Assembly: GCF_018977255.1 (NCBI RefSeq)
Contig: NW_024704743.1
Location: 72,170,001 to 72,234,000, forward strand
Source of the DNA: Callorhinchus milii
Lineage: Eukaryota
Length of the DNA stretch: 64,000 nucleotides
Direction of reading: 5' to 3'
Positions 15,101 to 30,100 of the stretch are shown in pieces. The notes beneath the pieces were generated by a model, which worked only from the letters and a program-made list of their open reading frames with translations, was not told the origin of the DNA and searched no databases. A program made the position numbers and the translations under genes. Within the stretch, counting starts at the first letter, position 1. The number at the start of each line of letters is the position of its first letter.

Positions 15101-18100
15101 GTCATCAGAAAAACCCAGGAATTAGTAGAGCACTGCTTCTCTGACCTGCATGTTTATTTTTTCACAAATAGGCAACTACCATGAGTTATCAAGGATGAAA
15201 TTATACCAAAGTCATTTGGGAACAGTTGACAGATTCGGGGACCTTTTTTCAAAACAATTTATATGAGCTGATTCTTCAGATATAAATATTTATAACGTAT
15301 TAAAACCATTATTGCATTTTCTTTACTTCTCATTTTTCGCCCACAAATATACGGTCAATTCACTTTAGTCTATTCTGTGAAGAGCTTTGAGACATCGAGA
15401 AGATGTGAAAAAGCGCTATATCAAATGCAAGGATTATTATTATATATTATATTATTATATATTTTTAGATCTAACAAGCAACAAACATTTTCTCCAGTCT
15501 GCACACTCACAAAATATACAGACAATTCACTTTACAGTATATTCTGTGAAGCGCTTCAAGACGTCTCGAGGACGTAATAAGGCGCTATATCAAATTCAAT
15601 GAATATTATTATTTTATTAATGGTAAATATTATTAATTATTAATAACAGGTGTGATTTCCTTTATCAGAGAAATGTGGGTTTACAAATACATAATAGGGA
15701 CTCTCAGCTGTGAGGGCCTGGGCTCTGATTTATCTCTCTGTCCTAACTTGGGTAGCTACCTTTTGTAAGCTGACCCAGTCTGGACCATCTGTTTGTGCGA
15801 TGATATTAATTTTACTCTCCCTTTGACATATTTAAGCAAATTGCATGGGTTGGGGAAAGGCACCAAAAGCAGTGGGTGGGAAACACTGGCAGCAGAAACC
15901 TACCTCGATAATTGAAACAATAGTCAAAGCCAAGATATCAGACACTCTAAAAGTAAAAACATGAAACCAAGAGGCACAGTACATAAAGGAAACTTCTCCA
16001 ACAGCAAGGTTGATAACAGTGACTTGACAGAAAGGAAAAGCCTCTGGCATGTCAGCTGAAAAGGAAACAATAGTCTGAAAGGAACGGCATGTTTCTTAGA
16101 ATTTCACAATTGGGTAGGGTGGGTCACATCTTTCAAATGTAGTGAAATGAATGAAAGCAAAACAGATCCAGGGAAACAGTAAGAAACCTGCAAAAAAAAA
16201 CTAAGATCATGTGATAATAATCCTTGCATTTGATATAGCACCTTATCACGTCTTCTAGACGTCTCAAAGCACTTCACAGAATATACTGTAAAGTGAATTG
16301 ACTGTATATTTTGTGGGCGAAACGCGGCAGCCAATTGTGCACAGCCACACTTATCATCGTCACTACAAATGTCACTTACCATGTGGAGGCAATTTTTTTT
16401 CACAAAACAAGGAAATAAGCAAAACACAAGCATTATCAAACTACATTTCAACTTCTGATTTGTGCCAAAAGTACTCATAATGTGTAGCCAAATTCTTCTT
16501 TTCTGAATTCTGATCTCACAAAGAAAATTATGTTAGTAATTTTAGGGGCGTAAGAACATATTAGTCTCTATTTTCTCCTTTAAGGCCTGAATCAAGACCT
16601 TCCTTTTCAACCGTGCCTTTGATCATCTTCCCTCCTCCACCCCTCTCTGATCCCAATCCAGAGCTTGGGTGCAAACCCTTCACTGTTCAGCGCCTTGGGA
16701 CGTTCTCCCAATGTGAAAAGCTCTATATTAATGCAATTTATTGTTGTTATACTGTATTTGGAGTATCAGTCAAACTGGATGGAATTGGGCTTTATAGAAA
16801 ACTGGGGTATTCAAGGGAAAATAAATCTTTGAAAGATTTAAAAGAGAAAACTGAAATTCCTGCTTTGGCAAAGGAAATGTGAGAAGTCCAATTGTGATCA
16901 GAAGACATATTCCAACCAATAATTCAAATTAGATGGAGGTTTTAGAATTGTCAAATGTATGGAACGTACTAGCTGTTGTTTGCCTACAAAATAACCAGTC
17001 CTTAAACTTTACAACAATTCCTGTGAAGCATTTGACACATTGTGATGATGTGATAAGGTGCTATATCAAATGCAAAGATTACTATTATTATTGGCTAGAT
17101 TTGGAAGAAGGAAGAACTGTGCCTTTGAGAACTAAATAAACTAACTGACCCAAAGGGAATGGGTTAATTAGAGTTTAGTGATTCAGCCACTGCCTTACAA
17201 GAAAAGTGAAGACTGTGTACATTGGTGGTTGATATGAAGGAAACCGATGAAGGCAAAGTGGAATCATCAGCAAAAGACAGGATAGGGTTGGTAGACGAGT
17301 AAAGAAGATAAGGTTTAGATGCAATAATGTGGGAGGAAGTAGAGTATTGGGGAATCCAGGGGTCGGTGAGGGAAAAAAGCTCAGGATGAACAAATGGAGC
17401 AACCTGTGAAGAAACATTAAATAGCCACACATATAACTTTACTGGTTAACCATAAGATGGGAAACTCTTTAGAAGTGGTTTGCATCAAATGGTAATGGTA
17501 TCCACTATTTTGAAGACATTTAGGCGACTAATTATCAAAGGTGTTAAATATACCTCTTTCGCTTTTCGTTCCAAAGCCTCACGTTCTGCTTGAAGTTGTG
17601 TTTCAAGATTTTTGCCTCCTTTGACTTGTATGGTTGCAAATGGTTTTCTTTCTTCAACCTTTATAATTGCAATAAGATAATGGAAAACATTTATTCACGA
17701 GAAACTAGGTGCAATTTGTATCTGTAAGCTTCATAACTTAGCACATACTATGAAAGATTTTGTCAAACTGCTGATATTCAAAACTGTTGGTACAAATTAA
17801 TCATAACTTGATTTTTTTCCCCACTGAAGGTAAGAAACACTGATGTGACAATTGTTTTCTAGGTGTACTTTTTTGTTTGTTTTCAGGGAATCCACATTCT
17901 AAGCTGTAGATATTTCATTAAGCATTTACCTACAAAATACATTGATTACACTTTCCACCCGACATGAAAAGTGCTATATCATATGTAAGGGTTATTATTG
18001 CTACAATAAAATAAACCATTCAGCCTGTTTTACTCCAATAGATAGGGACAACTGTTTTATATAGAAACGTAGTTTAATACCAATAAACTCACCAATGGAT

Positions 18101-21100
18101 TAAAGGAGTCTTGAGCACCAATAAAGAGTAAAATTTGAACCTGCCCCACTAACAAATCTGAAAACAATTATTGAGCATCAAAACAACACGGCTACCCGCT
18201 CACCTCCACTTCACAATTAGCACAGCAATTTACCTTCTGTATAGGATCAGTGCTAATGATAAGTGCTTGCTCCAGTTCTCTAATGCGGTTTTCCAGTTTC
18301 TCCATTTCTTCATTGCGTTCTTGTACATCCCTCTGAAGTTGTTCTTTAGCAAGCAAAAGTTCACTGCACCTATCAGTCTTGTCTTTCAACTGATCTGACA
18401 AATGTGCAATCTGCAAGAATACAAAATCAATGAGAAGGCAAGAGATTTCAAATTTATTTTATTTTAATTCTTGGCTAAACTGAAATTTATTAAATTAAAT
18501 GGAAAATAAAAAATGGAGAAACAAAACAATGAAAATTGCATTTTTTTCTCAGTATGGCCTAAATATTTGTCCTTCAACAGATATGTTTGGAGAAACATGA
18601 AAACAATTAAACTGGATGATGAAAGCGATTATGTTAAAAATGGCTGCTTGTCCAGCTAGGACCACGCTAAAGGTTTGGCCTCTGGCTTGCAGGGTTAAGT
18701 GGGAAGAATACAGTAATGCTCCAATGCCAATTCTTTCCACCATAAAAGTACTCTGTAAAGGAATAATAGTCGATATGATCATCTTCACCATAACAAAAGA
18801 CTCTAACACTAGGTCCTAATGAGGGGAGAGTCATCCGATGATTTCAACTGCTTTTTTTCACTACACTCCTTAGCGGAGTGCGCTGGATAAGAACATTTCT
18901 GCAGATGCCACAAAGCATCTTTTAAAAAAGACAAAGATAAAATGCTCCTTGAAAGAGTAGTGTTGAACACTTAGATTATTTGAAGATAGCTTCTTTTAAG
19001 GAGTGGTCTGGAAGAAATTTCAAGCTTGTGAATTAAAATCCACGCAAGTACAACATTGTTTCCGATGGAGTAGGAGTTGAAGATATATAATGCATCTTAC
19101 AATATGATATTGGAGGGATGTCTAGCACTAAAACAGAAAAGCTAAAATAAAGTTCTTAACGTGTGTTCTAAGCAATGCTTACAAAACAAATGCCCTAATT
19201 ACATTGGAATGATTTTCATGTGCAAAACAAAACCACTAAGTTTACAAAAAGCGATGATGAACAACTAGGAAAAGCCTCTGCAGAAAGAAAAGCCATGAAG
19301 TGAACAAAAGCCACGTAGTTTAGCAAAAACAACCTGTAAGGTGAAAGAACTGTCAAGAATCCTTGGGCATCTTATGACTGGAATGAAGTAGATGGTGATA
19401 AGTGTAGAAGTGAGTAGGAAAAAAAGAAAGACTACCAAACACTGCAGCAGTAATACATTTGAAATCTCCAATTACTACCCTTGAATCTATGGAAAAAATG
19501 GTGAGTTTTATTTCTAAACTTACTTCTCTATTTCGTTGATCAGTAATAGGTTGGAGCCTTTGTGGAGTCTTCAGTTGTTGCTCTAATTTCTGAATCTCGT
19601 GCTGAAACACATCTCTCTCCTGTTCTCGATCGATTGCTTGCTCCTGAGTGGAACAAAACAGGTGTATTATTTAGAAAATTTCATCAGCATTCTCTCCATC
19701 TGTGAACAAGTTTCCTTTTGTTCTCCTGAACCTCTTTGCTGCCTTGAACACTGATGATCACTCTATCATTCTCCTCCATCTCTCCTCTCTGTACCACCTC
19801 CAAAGTTCTGTCCTTTCCTCGTTTCACTCTTACATATCCCACCATCTTCATTTTGTATCTTCCAATCACTTCTCCTTCCACTCACACAGTCATATGCAGG
19901 GTTTCTCAGGGTTGTATCTTCGATCCTTTTCACAATCTATATGCTCCCTCTTAGTGACACTGTTCCGGCTACTTGCTCCACTCACTAAACACCATCCTGC
20001 ATCATGTCTCTCACTGGCTCTCCCCCATCAGTGGTGGGGAGACCTCCAGCCATTCTGCCCCACTCTCTGGAACTCTATCCTGGAATCTCTTTATCTTGCT
20101 CCTTCTGGCCCACCTTCAAAACCCACCGTAAGACTTTTCCACCATGCTTCTGGGTATCTACCCCCACCCCTATCCATCCTGTCCTTTGAAACATCCTCCT
20201 GATGTGAAAAACGATACATCAATGCCAATTATTCAGAACTTATTAAACCACCAAGTTAAAAATGTGAACATATTGTACTCAAAAAAACATGGTAGATACT
20301 GTACTGATTTTCACTGGCATCAATTAGCAGTCTGAATCCACAAAAAGCTAGACAATACATACATCCAGGAATTTCCGGTTCTTCTCCAGTTGTTTTTCCA
20401 GAGCAACAATTTGCTGCTGCAGGTCTAGAATCTCAACTTTCTTCTCCTGTTCCAATTCTATGCTTTTGTTCACCTGCTCCTCTAACTCACTTTCCAGCAT
20501 CTTCACTTGCTTTGCAAAGTCGCCTTGTTCTTTCTCTGCCTGACGCTGCACTTCCCGTTTCTCCTTCATGAGCTTTTCCGTTTCCTCCAGAAGTTCTGAA
20601 TGCCATTAGAAAAAAAGCATCAAGTGTCATGTTTACAGTAAGAAGACAAACTGTGCAACCACTCCCAAGGTGCTCAATCCTGTAAATAGCATTTCCAGCA
20701 GTTTTCCTTTTACTCCCCCATCACCTGCTTCTGCAGCAAGATAAAGAACCACAACCACGGCAAAGCATTTTATATAATCAAACTGTTAGAACAGTGGAAG
20801 AAATTTGAACAAATAGTATCCATGTAAGTTAGACTCACAATATGCATCAGTTAGAATTACCCATTATATTTTAGCACTATTACATTGGATTATTTTCTTT
20901 TGTTTCCCAATAGTTTTTCTCCTCCAGTTGCCTTCCTCCTTCTCATGAAGCTTCACTAAGGTGGTAGCATTTGAGTCAAAATGTTGAGATTTCAAGCCCC
21001 ACAATGGACTTGAGCTCATAATCTAGGCTGAAACTTCAGTGCAACACTGAGGGGTGCCGTATTGTCAGAGATGAAATCTTAAACTGAACTTTTGCCTGCC

Positions 21101-24100
21101 CATTCAGGTGAATGTTAAAGAGGATCCTTTGAAGGAAGTTTCTCTCTGTGTCCTGGCAACCATTTGCCAAATAAAATGGTAATTCACTTCATGGCTGTAT
21201 GTGGAAACCTGTTGAGTATAGCATGGCTACTACATATAGGCAACAATTACCCATGAAGTTCCTTGACCTATTTATAGCTTATATTAAATATTTATATATA
21301 TCCCATATTATATATATTGTTTTTAAAGAGTAGACTCCTTTTCTTCCTTCCGTTGGGTTATATTTCACTAACACTGAATGTTCTCTTATACTTCGTCTAA
21401 ATGGCCATTATCCATATAAGATCCATGCCGGTGATTGTCAACAAGTTATTTGACTGTTGCGAGCAGTTTAGCCATGGCGTATCCTATCCCCACCCAATAT
21501 CTACACACTTGCACCTTCCAGCAAGTGTCTGGATGTTTGGATTGTGATCAGAGCAAAAGACTTATCTGTCTTATTTGCCCCTCCTTAACGTAGAGTCACT
21601 AACTGAACCAGACACATCAACCAAATCAGCTCAGATGAAGATTTGAATCTACGACTTTAGTGACCCATATAGTTTCATGTTCTCCAGGCAGTACTTTTAC
21701 CGACTAGATCATGGGGAATGGGATACTAAATATTCTATGGTGCCTGAAAAATGGTTGCCAAGAATAGTAGTCCTATGCCACTATTTCTTTTTAGATTTTA
21801 ATTTATAAAATTCAATTATCCTATATAATGATAATGCTCACCTGTTACAGAGTGCAACTTTGATTATCCATGAATCTCAATTATTGACCGGGAGAAGGGA
21901 GCCTCCACTATGGTGGATAATCAGGATTCCCATTTAGAGGCTGTTTAGGTGTTTATAATTTTACATGCCAATGTTAAAATGTTGGTAAAACAAATTCAAT
22001 GTATTCAAGAAGTTCCTTAGCATCTTGTGGATGTTGTGTTTAAATCATTCAGAGAATCAAAAAATAATGAGAAGATAAGGTTCCTTTAAAATATCCGTTG
22101 CGACAATTATTTGTCTTCATCCATTAAAATGCCTGATATTGATCCTTAAGAACCTATGAATTAAAGGCAATTAGTTCTCTCAGAAGCTCAGGGAATTGAT
22201 TGGTTAGTATAGCATCACGCCTTTCAATTTATTATAGAGCATCTATCAGCAAATCAAAATCTATTGTAATTGTGTTATTTATTGCAAAAGATACAGATTA
22301 GTAGCGATCAGTTAGCCAAAGTAGCAAGAGTCCAGTGAAAAAGGATCAAAATTAATAAATCTCCAATCTCCAAACTATGCAACTTGGCCATGCAATATAC
22401 AAACACACCTGCTTCTGGTGCTGCACCTGCAGCTTCAACTAGGCCTAGGAGAACAAAAAGGCACAATAATTCATATGCCATCTACAAAGCTTCTTTAACT
22501 TACAACATGGTGAGCTATACAGAAAAAAGTATAGCAGAAGAATGCTGTATAATAATGTATTATAACATGAAAAGTTATATTCAGCATGCAATATTAAGCA
22601 TGAGCATTAAACTATTTAATGAACAACTGATTTCGACAATTGACATATTTCACAAAATTACTTGTTTTTGATAGAACATTGATATTTTATAATACCTCTC
22701 GACTACCAGGTAGAAACCAATCTAAAATAGCAACCAAATTAAATGATATTTCAAAATGTAATAAATTCCACAGAATTTTAATGTACTGTTTTCTCCAGAT
22801 TTTTCATGGAAGTTAAAGCTTTCACCAGTCCTTAGTGCTCAAATCAATCAGTTTGAGGGAGATTTTCTCTTTTAGTTTCAACAAAATTATCAAGCCTTTG
22901 TGTTGATTTGGGATCATGAACGGCTTGCACAATGTCTGACTTCCACAGAATATTCATACAAATAAGGCCTCTTTTTAATTTCTTAAAATAAATACATAAA
23001 ATAAATGAATATTAAAACAGCCTTCTTAGAATGCAACACTTATAATGTATTTAAATAACATCCGATATTTGATTCTCAAGTATGCATAAGAAATTATGAT
23101 TAGATTTTTAGAGCCAAGCAACATTAATATTCCAAATATGTAGTGAATGCTGTACATGAAACAAAAAATCGCATTATTATAGCAGCGTTAAATTTTCATT
23201 AACTCTCACAGTAAGGGTTATTAAACAGTCGAGTCACTTTACAATATATTCTGTGATGTGCTTTGAGACTCTCGAAGATGTGATACAGCGTTATATCAAA
23301 TGCAAGTTTATTATTATTCAAATACTAAAGCTTCTGTACTCATAATATGGGCTGCTGATTTGTAGTCTCAGTGGTTAACATCTTTGGTTGCAGAGAGGAA
23401 GTTCTAGTTTTAACAGACCATTCAAAACTGGCTTATAAATATAAAGCTAACATTCTTTAGAGACTGTATCATAGTTTGTGGATAAAATTTTTTACACATT
23501 AGCCACCTGAAGTTTAGAATACTCGGGTCTAAAACCAAAGTACACTTTTATGAAAGAATTTTATCTCATTCTTTTGTGTATTCAGCTGGAAAGAACGTCC
23601 CACTAGGTTGAAATGGTTGAACCCAGGTAAAATATTATAACGGAAACTGCTCTGGTCAAGGTCAGAAATGACATCCACCATATGCGACCAGGGCTCCCTC
23701 TGCCTCCTCATCCTCCTCGACCTCTCCGCCGCTTTTCACACTGTGGACCATTTAATTCTCTTTCACCGCCTCTCCTCCCACCTCAACCTCCAAGGTTCTG
23801 TCCTTGACTGGTTCAGATCCTAACTTTCACACCGCCTCCACTTTTTCTCAGCAAACGGTTTCTCCTCCATCCCCTGCACCGTCTCGTGCGGTGTTCCTCG
23901 GGGCTCTGTCCTTGGTCCCCTCCCCTTCACCCTCTACATGCTCCCCCTTGATGACATCATCCGCAGACATGGGGAAAATTTCCACATGTATGTGGATGAC
24001 ACTCAACTCTACCTCTCTGCCTCCACCCTCAACTCCAGGACTACTGGCGTCCTGACCGACTGCCTGTCTGACATCAAGTCCTGGACGAGGGGCAAATTTC

Positions 24101-27100
24101 TCCAACTCAACGTCAGCAAGACCGAGGCCCTCCTGATTGGCTCACGCCAGCGCCTACGCACCTCGGGCACTGGCAGCATCAGCCTCCACGGCTGCACACT
24201 CAACCTCACTAAGCCAGTCAGGAACCTGGGTGTCTTGTTTGACCCTGAACTGTCCTTTCTCCCCCACATCCGCGCCATGACCATCACTGCCTACCACCAC
24301 CTCCACAACATTGCCAGACTCCGCCACTGCCTCACCCCTCAGGCTGCCAAAACCCTCACCCACGCATTCGTCACATCAAGGCTCTATTATGGAAACTCCC
24401 TCCTCATCGGCCTTCCCAACTCTTCCCTTCACAAGCTGCAGATCATCCAAAACTCTGCAGCGCGTGTACTCTCGCACACCAGGCTCCTTGACCCCATCAC
24501 TCCCACCCTCGCCCGACTCCATTGGCTCCCCATCCCTCAGAGGATCGAATTCAAGATCCTTGTCCTCACTTTCAAGGCCATCCTTGGCCTTGCCCCCTCC
24601 TACCTCTCTGACCTGCTGACTCCCTACCGACTGCCCGCTCCCTCCGTTCAGCGGGCTCTGGCCTACTCCATGTCTCCCGCCTGACCCGCCCTACCATCGG
24701 TGGCCGAGCTTTCAGCCTCTCTGCCCCCACACTCTGGAACTCCATCCCACGGTCCCTTTGCCTCGCTTCCTCCCTTGCCTCCTTCAAGGCCGGTCTCAAG
24801 ACCCTCCTCTTCGATCGTGCCTTCAATCACCCTCTCACCTCTCTGTCTTCCATCACCCCACCCCTCCCCCATCCTCAGGTCCTGACCCCTGACTGTCCAG
24901 CACCTTGGGACATGAAGGATGCTCTATAAATGTAATTTTGTTGTTGTTGTTGTACTGTGGCTCAGAGACTTTGTACAAGGATGTAATTCTTCAAAGTTGT
25001 TTGAACTTTCATATTATTCCAAGTGAATACTCTTCAATTATCCTGGTTACCTTATTATTTGCTCATGTATTATTTATTTCAATTGTTTAATCTTCTTAAC
25101 TCATTGTTTAACTCATCTTGCTTTTATAGGCTAAAACCTGTCGGGATTTAAACTAATTCAGTTTTTTGAACAGACAGGGGCGTATCGTGAGACCACATAA
25201 TAATACACAATACCATGGATCAAGTTCTCAGATCTAGTAAGAGGATGCTATACTGAAAGGTTTGCTTTACCTGAAAAGGCAAGATCTAGTTCATAAAATG
25301 ACAGTTTGCTTATGTGAATTATGTGCACATCTTAGTATAAGAAAAGCTCCCAAAAGATTTGACAAATTTTAACAAGAGACATTTTAGAAGAACAATTTGT
25401 TAATAATTCAAACCTGAACACTTAAGCTATTTTAGATACTTTCTGAGCAAACAGAAAGTCATACTTCAGATGACTTTCTGTTTGCTTAGAAAATTATTTA
25501 CAGTAAATCCTGGAAAGCGCTTAAGAGTTATCCTCCAGAAGATGCTATATCTCCATTATAAGGATTAGTTATTATTTAAGATCACACGTGGCTGTTCCCT
25601 TTCTGAAAGCACTTCTCTGATCAGAGTTTGTAGGTCAGTGGCTTTGTTCTTTTGTTGATTCATTTCTCAAATTAATTCTAGAGTGATGCTTATCCTTATG
25701 GAGTAACTGGCATGGTGTTACTCAGGATATACTTTACAGGACAACAATAACAACAACAAAATTACATTTGTATAGTATCTTTCATGTCGGGAGGACGTCC
25801 CAAGGCGCTGGACAATCAGTGTTTTGGACCCGAGCTGAGGGTTGGGATCGGGGGAGGGTGGAGGGCAGGAGAGGAAGGAGGGTGAGTGAAGTCACAGTTG
25901 AAGAGGAGGGTCTTGAGATGGGTCTTGAAGGAGGCAAGGGAGAGGGCGAGGCAGAGGGACTGCGGGATGGAGTTCCAGAGGGTGGGGGCAGGATGGCTGA
26001 AGACCCACTCGCCAATGGTGAACCTGAAGCAGACCAGAGCCCACTGAGTGGAGGGAGCAGGCAGGTTGGTAGAGAGTTAGGAGGTCTCAGAGTTAGGGTG
26101 GAGCAAGGCCACAGAGGGTTTTGAAAGTGAGGACCAGGATCTTGAACTGTATCCTCTGTGTCAATAACCTAGAAACCATGTGTCCTTTGGTGTTCTTTCG
26201 CAAGCTAAAAATCCTCCACAAATTATCAGATTTTAGAGTCATGGAGTACTCTAAATATCAAATGCAAGGATTATTATTATTATTACTTAATACGGCCAGA
26301 GAAATAAAAACCCTTTGCACTGCAAATTTTGGAACCTATAAGGCACACATTGCTTTGTTGTAACAGTTTCAGTAAATTCCTTCAGAGCTAAACCAAGTCA
26401 CTTATGAACAGAGACCAACTGAAGCCAACATAGTTAGAGAAACTTTAGGAATACAGAATACATGAATAATGCTGGAATTATTCTGGTAGCAGGAGCCGAA
26501 AATGTAACTTATAACAAAGCAACTGAAAGGGAAAGGTAGGTTATCATTTAGAGAGTGCAACTTCACCAGAACTGAAATATATTGAGATGGAGAATGCTGT
26601 ATTACCATAACAAGCGAAACACAAGGAAGTTAAAAATGTAAATTGGTCAAAGGAGAGAAAAATGTAAGGTAGTCAGAGTTGAGTTATATATACTGTATCA
26701 TAGAATCATAGAATTATACAGCGTAGAAGGAGGCCAATCAGCCCATTGTTTCTGTGCCGGCTCTTTGAAAAGAGCTATCCAAATCAATCCCACTCCCCCG
26801 CTCTCTCCCCATAGCACTGCAAACTTGTCCTCCCCAAGTATATTAAAAGCGTATATTAAAATATATTCTCAAAATGGCAATGAAAAGCCACCTTGGTTAA
26901 TTTAACAGGTTAATACGTACGGAGCTCCACAGTTCCAGCACTTTCCTTCATCGCATCTTGTTGCCTTGTGATCAACTCCCTCTCTTGCTGAAGCTGTTGT
27001 CTCTCTTCTTCCAGCTCATGCAGACGGCTGCTTGTGTGCTGGAGCTCCTGTTCAAGCTGATGTTGAATCTCAGCTTTCTCTCGAAACTGCTCCTCCAATT

Positions 27101-30100
27101 TAGCTTTCTCGTCTGTGTAACCATCAATAAGGCCTGAAACGCGCATTTAATGAGTCAAAATAAAATTGTTGGATAATAATAAGCTAAACAAATCAAATAT
27201 GCTCAGAGGGGGGGAAAAGAGAACAGTTCATTTTAAATACTTAACATTTTATAAGAAAAAGTAGAAATGCAAATTTTGTGAAAATAGGATTCTCTCTGCA
27301 AAAAATACTTGAAAAAGGACTTCACAAACGAATTTAGTCAATGACAATCCAGACAACAGAAATTTACATTGATATAGCTCCCTTCACATGGGTCAGCATC
27401 CAGGAGAGAGGGAGGATGACCATAGGCATGGTCAAAAAAACGTTCTTCAGATAGGGTTGGAGACAGAGATCTATAGTCTCGGGGTTTAATATGTAAATGC
27501 ACAGCTGGTGGAGCAGAGGGGTTAAAGGAAGTTCAGGAGTCCTGTAGCTCAGTGGTTAGAGCACTCGCTTTGCAAGCGAGAGACCTGAGTTCAATTCCCG
27601 GCAGGGCGAAACCTTGGGCAAGTTTCCTTACTCCACACTCCTAATAATAATCCCTCCAAAATCAAAAACAATAATAAATTGGTCATTTTCAATCTACGAC
27701 TGTTTGTGGGACATTGCTGTGCGCAATTGGCTGCCGCGTTCGCCCACAAATATACAGTCAATTCACTTTACAGTGTGTTCTGTGAAGCGCTTTGGGACAT
27801 CCTCCCGAAGTGAAAAGCGCTATATCAAATGCAAGGATTATTATTTAGGAGGCCAGAGCCAGCTAAAGATTGACATAGCTACATAATAGATATGACCATT
27901 CAATCAGCACACAATTCTTACTTCCAAAGCATGACATAAGAGCCTCAAGGAATTAAACTTGTCAGGCATTCATGCAAAGGAATCACACGCAAACATATTG
28001 TGAAATTTTAAAGGTTATGACTAAACTTTGCAATATGACCCAGACTTGATACAATATATTGTATTATTTTCAGAACGTCAGTATATTTTAGGTGGGGATA
28101 GATCATCCCTTTTATATTTCATTCTATTATCTACAAAAGTTCAAATTACTGTTTTCATAATTTATACTTATATATATCCTACTATGATCTGTCAGTTTAG
28201 CTCAGTGGTAGTACTCTTGCTCTGGGTGAGAAGGTTGTGGGTTCAAGCCTTATGTCGGAACTTCAAACTCACAGTCTAGGCTGACACTTTGATGAGGTGC
28301 TGGGGGTGTTTGCATTGTCAGAGATGACATCCTTTGAAGATAAACTAAGGTCCCACCTGCCTATTCAAGTGGACGTTAAAGATTCTATGGCACTATTCAT
28401 TAAAGATTCTATGGTCATTTGTTTGATGACTGTTTCTGGCTCATTGCTGTGCATAATTGTACTGCTGCGCTCACCTACAAATACACAGTCACTCCATTTC
28501 ACAGTAAATCCTGAGAAGCACTTAGAGATGTCTCCCACCCTCGCTCGCCTCCACTGGCTCCCCATCCCCCAGAGGATCGAATTCAAGATCCTCATCCTCA
28601 CCTACAAGGCCATTCACGGCCTTGCTCCCTCCTACCTCTCCGACCTACTATCCCCCTACTTACCTGCCCGTACCCTCCGTTCCTCTGGCTCCGGTCTGCT
28701 CCACATCCCCCGCCCCAACCGCTCTACCATCGGTGGCCGGGCCTTCAGCCTCTCAGCCCCGAGGCTCTGGAACTCTATCCCCAGTGCCTTCGCCGCTTCC
28801 TCCCTTTCCTCCTTCAAGGCCGGTCTCAAGACCTTTCTCTTTGACCTTCAGCCTTCAGCTCCCCTCTCGACTCTCTACCCCCTCCTCGCTCCCTCCCTTC
28901 CCTCTCCCTGACCATTTCCCCCCTGCTCAGGTCCTGACCCAACTGTCCAGCGCCTTGGGACGTCATCCCGACGTGAAAGGCGCTCTATACATGAAATCTT
29001 GTTGTTGTTGTTGTAGTAGAGATGTCCTTCCGACTTGTTAAGACTCTATACCAAATTTTTTACTATGGAAATTATGTTATCTTATGTGAATATTGAGTGG
29101 AATGAAAACAATTTGGGACGTTTGCCCATATCAAGCCTCAAGAAGTAATTAATACTCATGGTCTCGAGCAAAGGTAGCATTCACAACAACACTCAGCTAG
29201 CTACACCATATTGCATCTTAATTCCTAATCTCAGTTAGTTGATCTCACCTCAGGGAGAGAACCAATTTCACCAGGTTCCCATTGATAACTTACCTAAAGA
29301 CATCCTTCTATATCAAATGCATTTTTATAGCACAGCAAGCCAGATGGTACTCATTCTGGATGCTTTCCTTGATCTTGTGAAACAAAACAGATCCAATCCC
29401 CACATTCCCCCCTCCCAATCTTGAAATATCAAGCACAATAATTTTCACAAAGGTCCTGTTACATCAGTACAAAAAAGGGCACAAACTGCATTCTATTAAT
29501 AGACAAAAATGTGGCTGAACTTGTACAACTGCTCACATGCATATAGATTACATTACAAAAGACTTGGATGTATAAATTGGTTCAAAATTTCGTAGGAGTT
29601 TGTCCTAACAATAGACTACTACAAAAAATCTTGTTAAACTCACTGAACCATGAACAAAATTTTAATATTTCTAAGGTAGATCTTGATAGGTAGAATTATT
29701 CTCAGTTTTGTATCTGGTTTTGCCGACAGGCAGCCCAGTGGTTAAAGTATCCTTCTTTGGGTAACAAAACTGGAGGGATAAGTTTGGAGGGATAAGGATT
29801 TGTATGCAGACAAAGTAATTTTCATGCTATAGTAACCCATTAACAGTGAATCACCATAGTGACTTGCTATGATAATCAACAGAACTGTAGGGGAGTTTTC
29901 ACTGTAAATCTATTTTCCACAAATGTGATAGATTATTCATGCAGCCCAGTTGGAAAACAAATCTTCAATTCTACCACAAAGTGCATTGCTGAATTTCATT
30001 CAAGAAAATGAAGCAGTTTAAAATTAATATTCACCTTCCAACTTTGAATATATTTCTCACTGGCAACTCAGTATTTTATAATCTTTTAAATAAATACAAT

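Noticed and set aside
23938..24684. Autonomous or domesticated RT gene
   Set aside because: 5'-truncated and frameshifted L2 ORF2 with no endonuclease domain.
27537..27610. tRNA-Ala(TGC) gene (also at 9349, 30897, 42822, 56069)
   Set aside because: The anticodon arm and A/B boxes are present, but there is no proper acceptor stem and every copy continues into the same SINE body.
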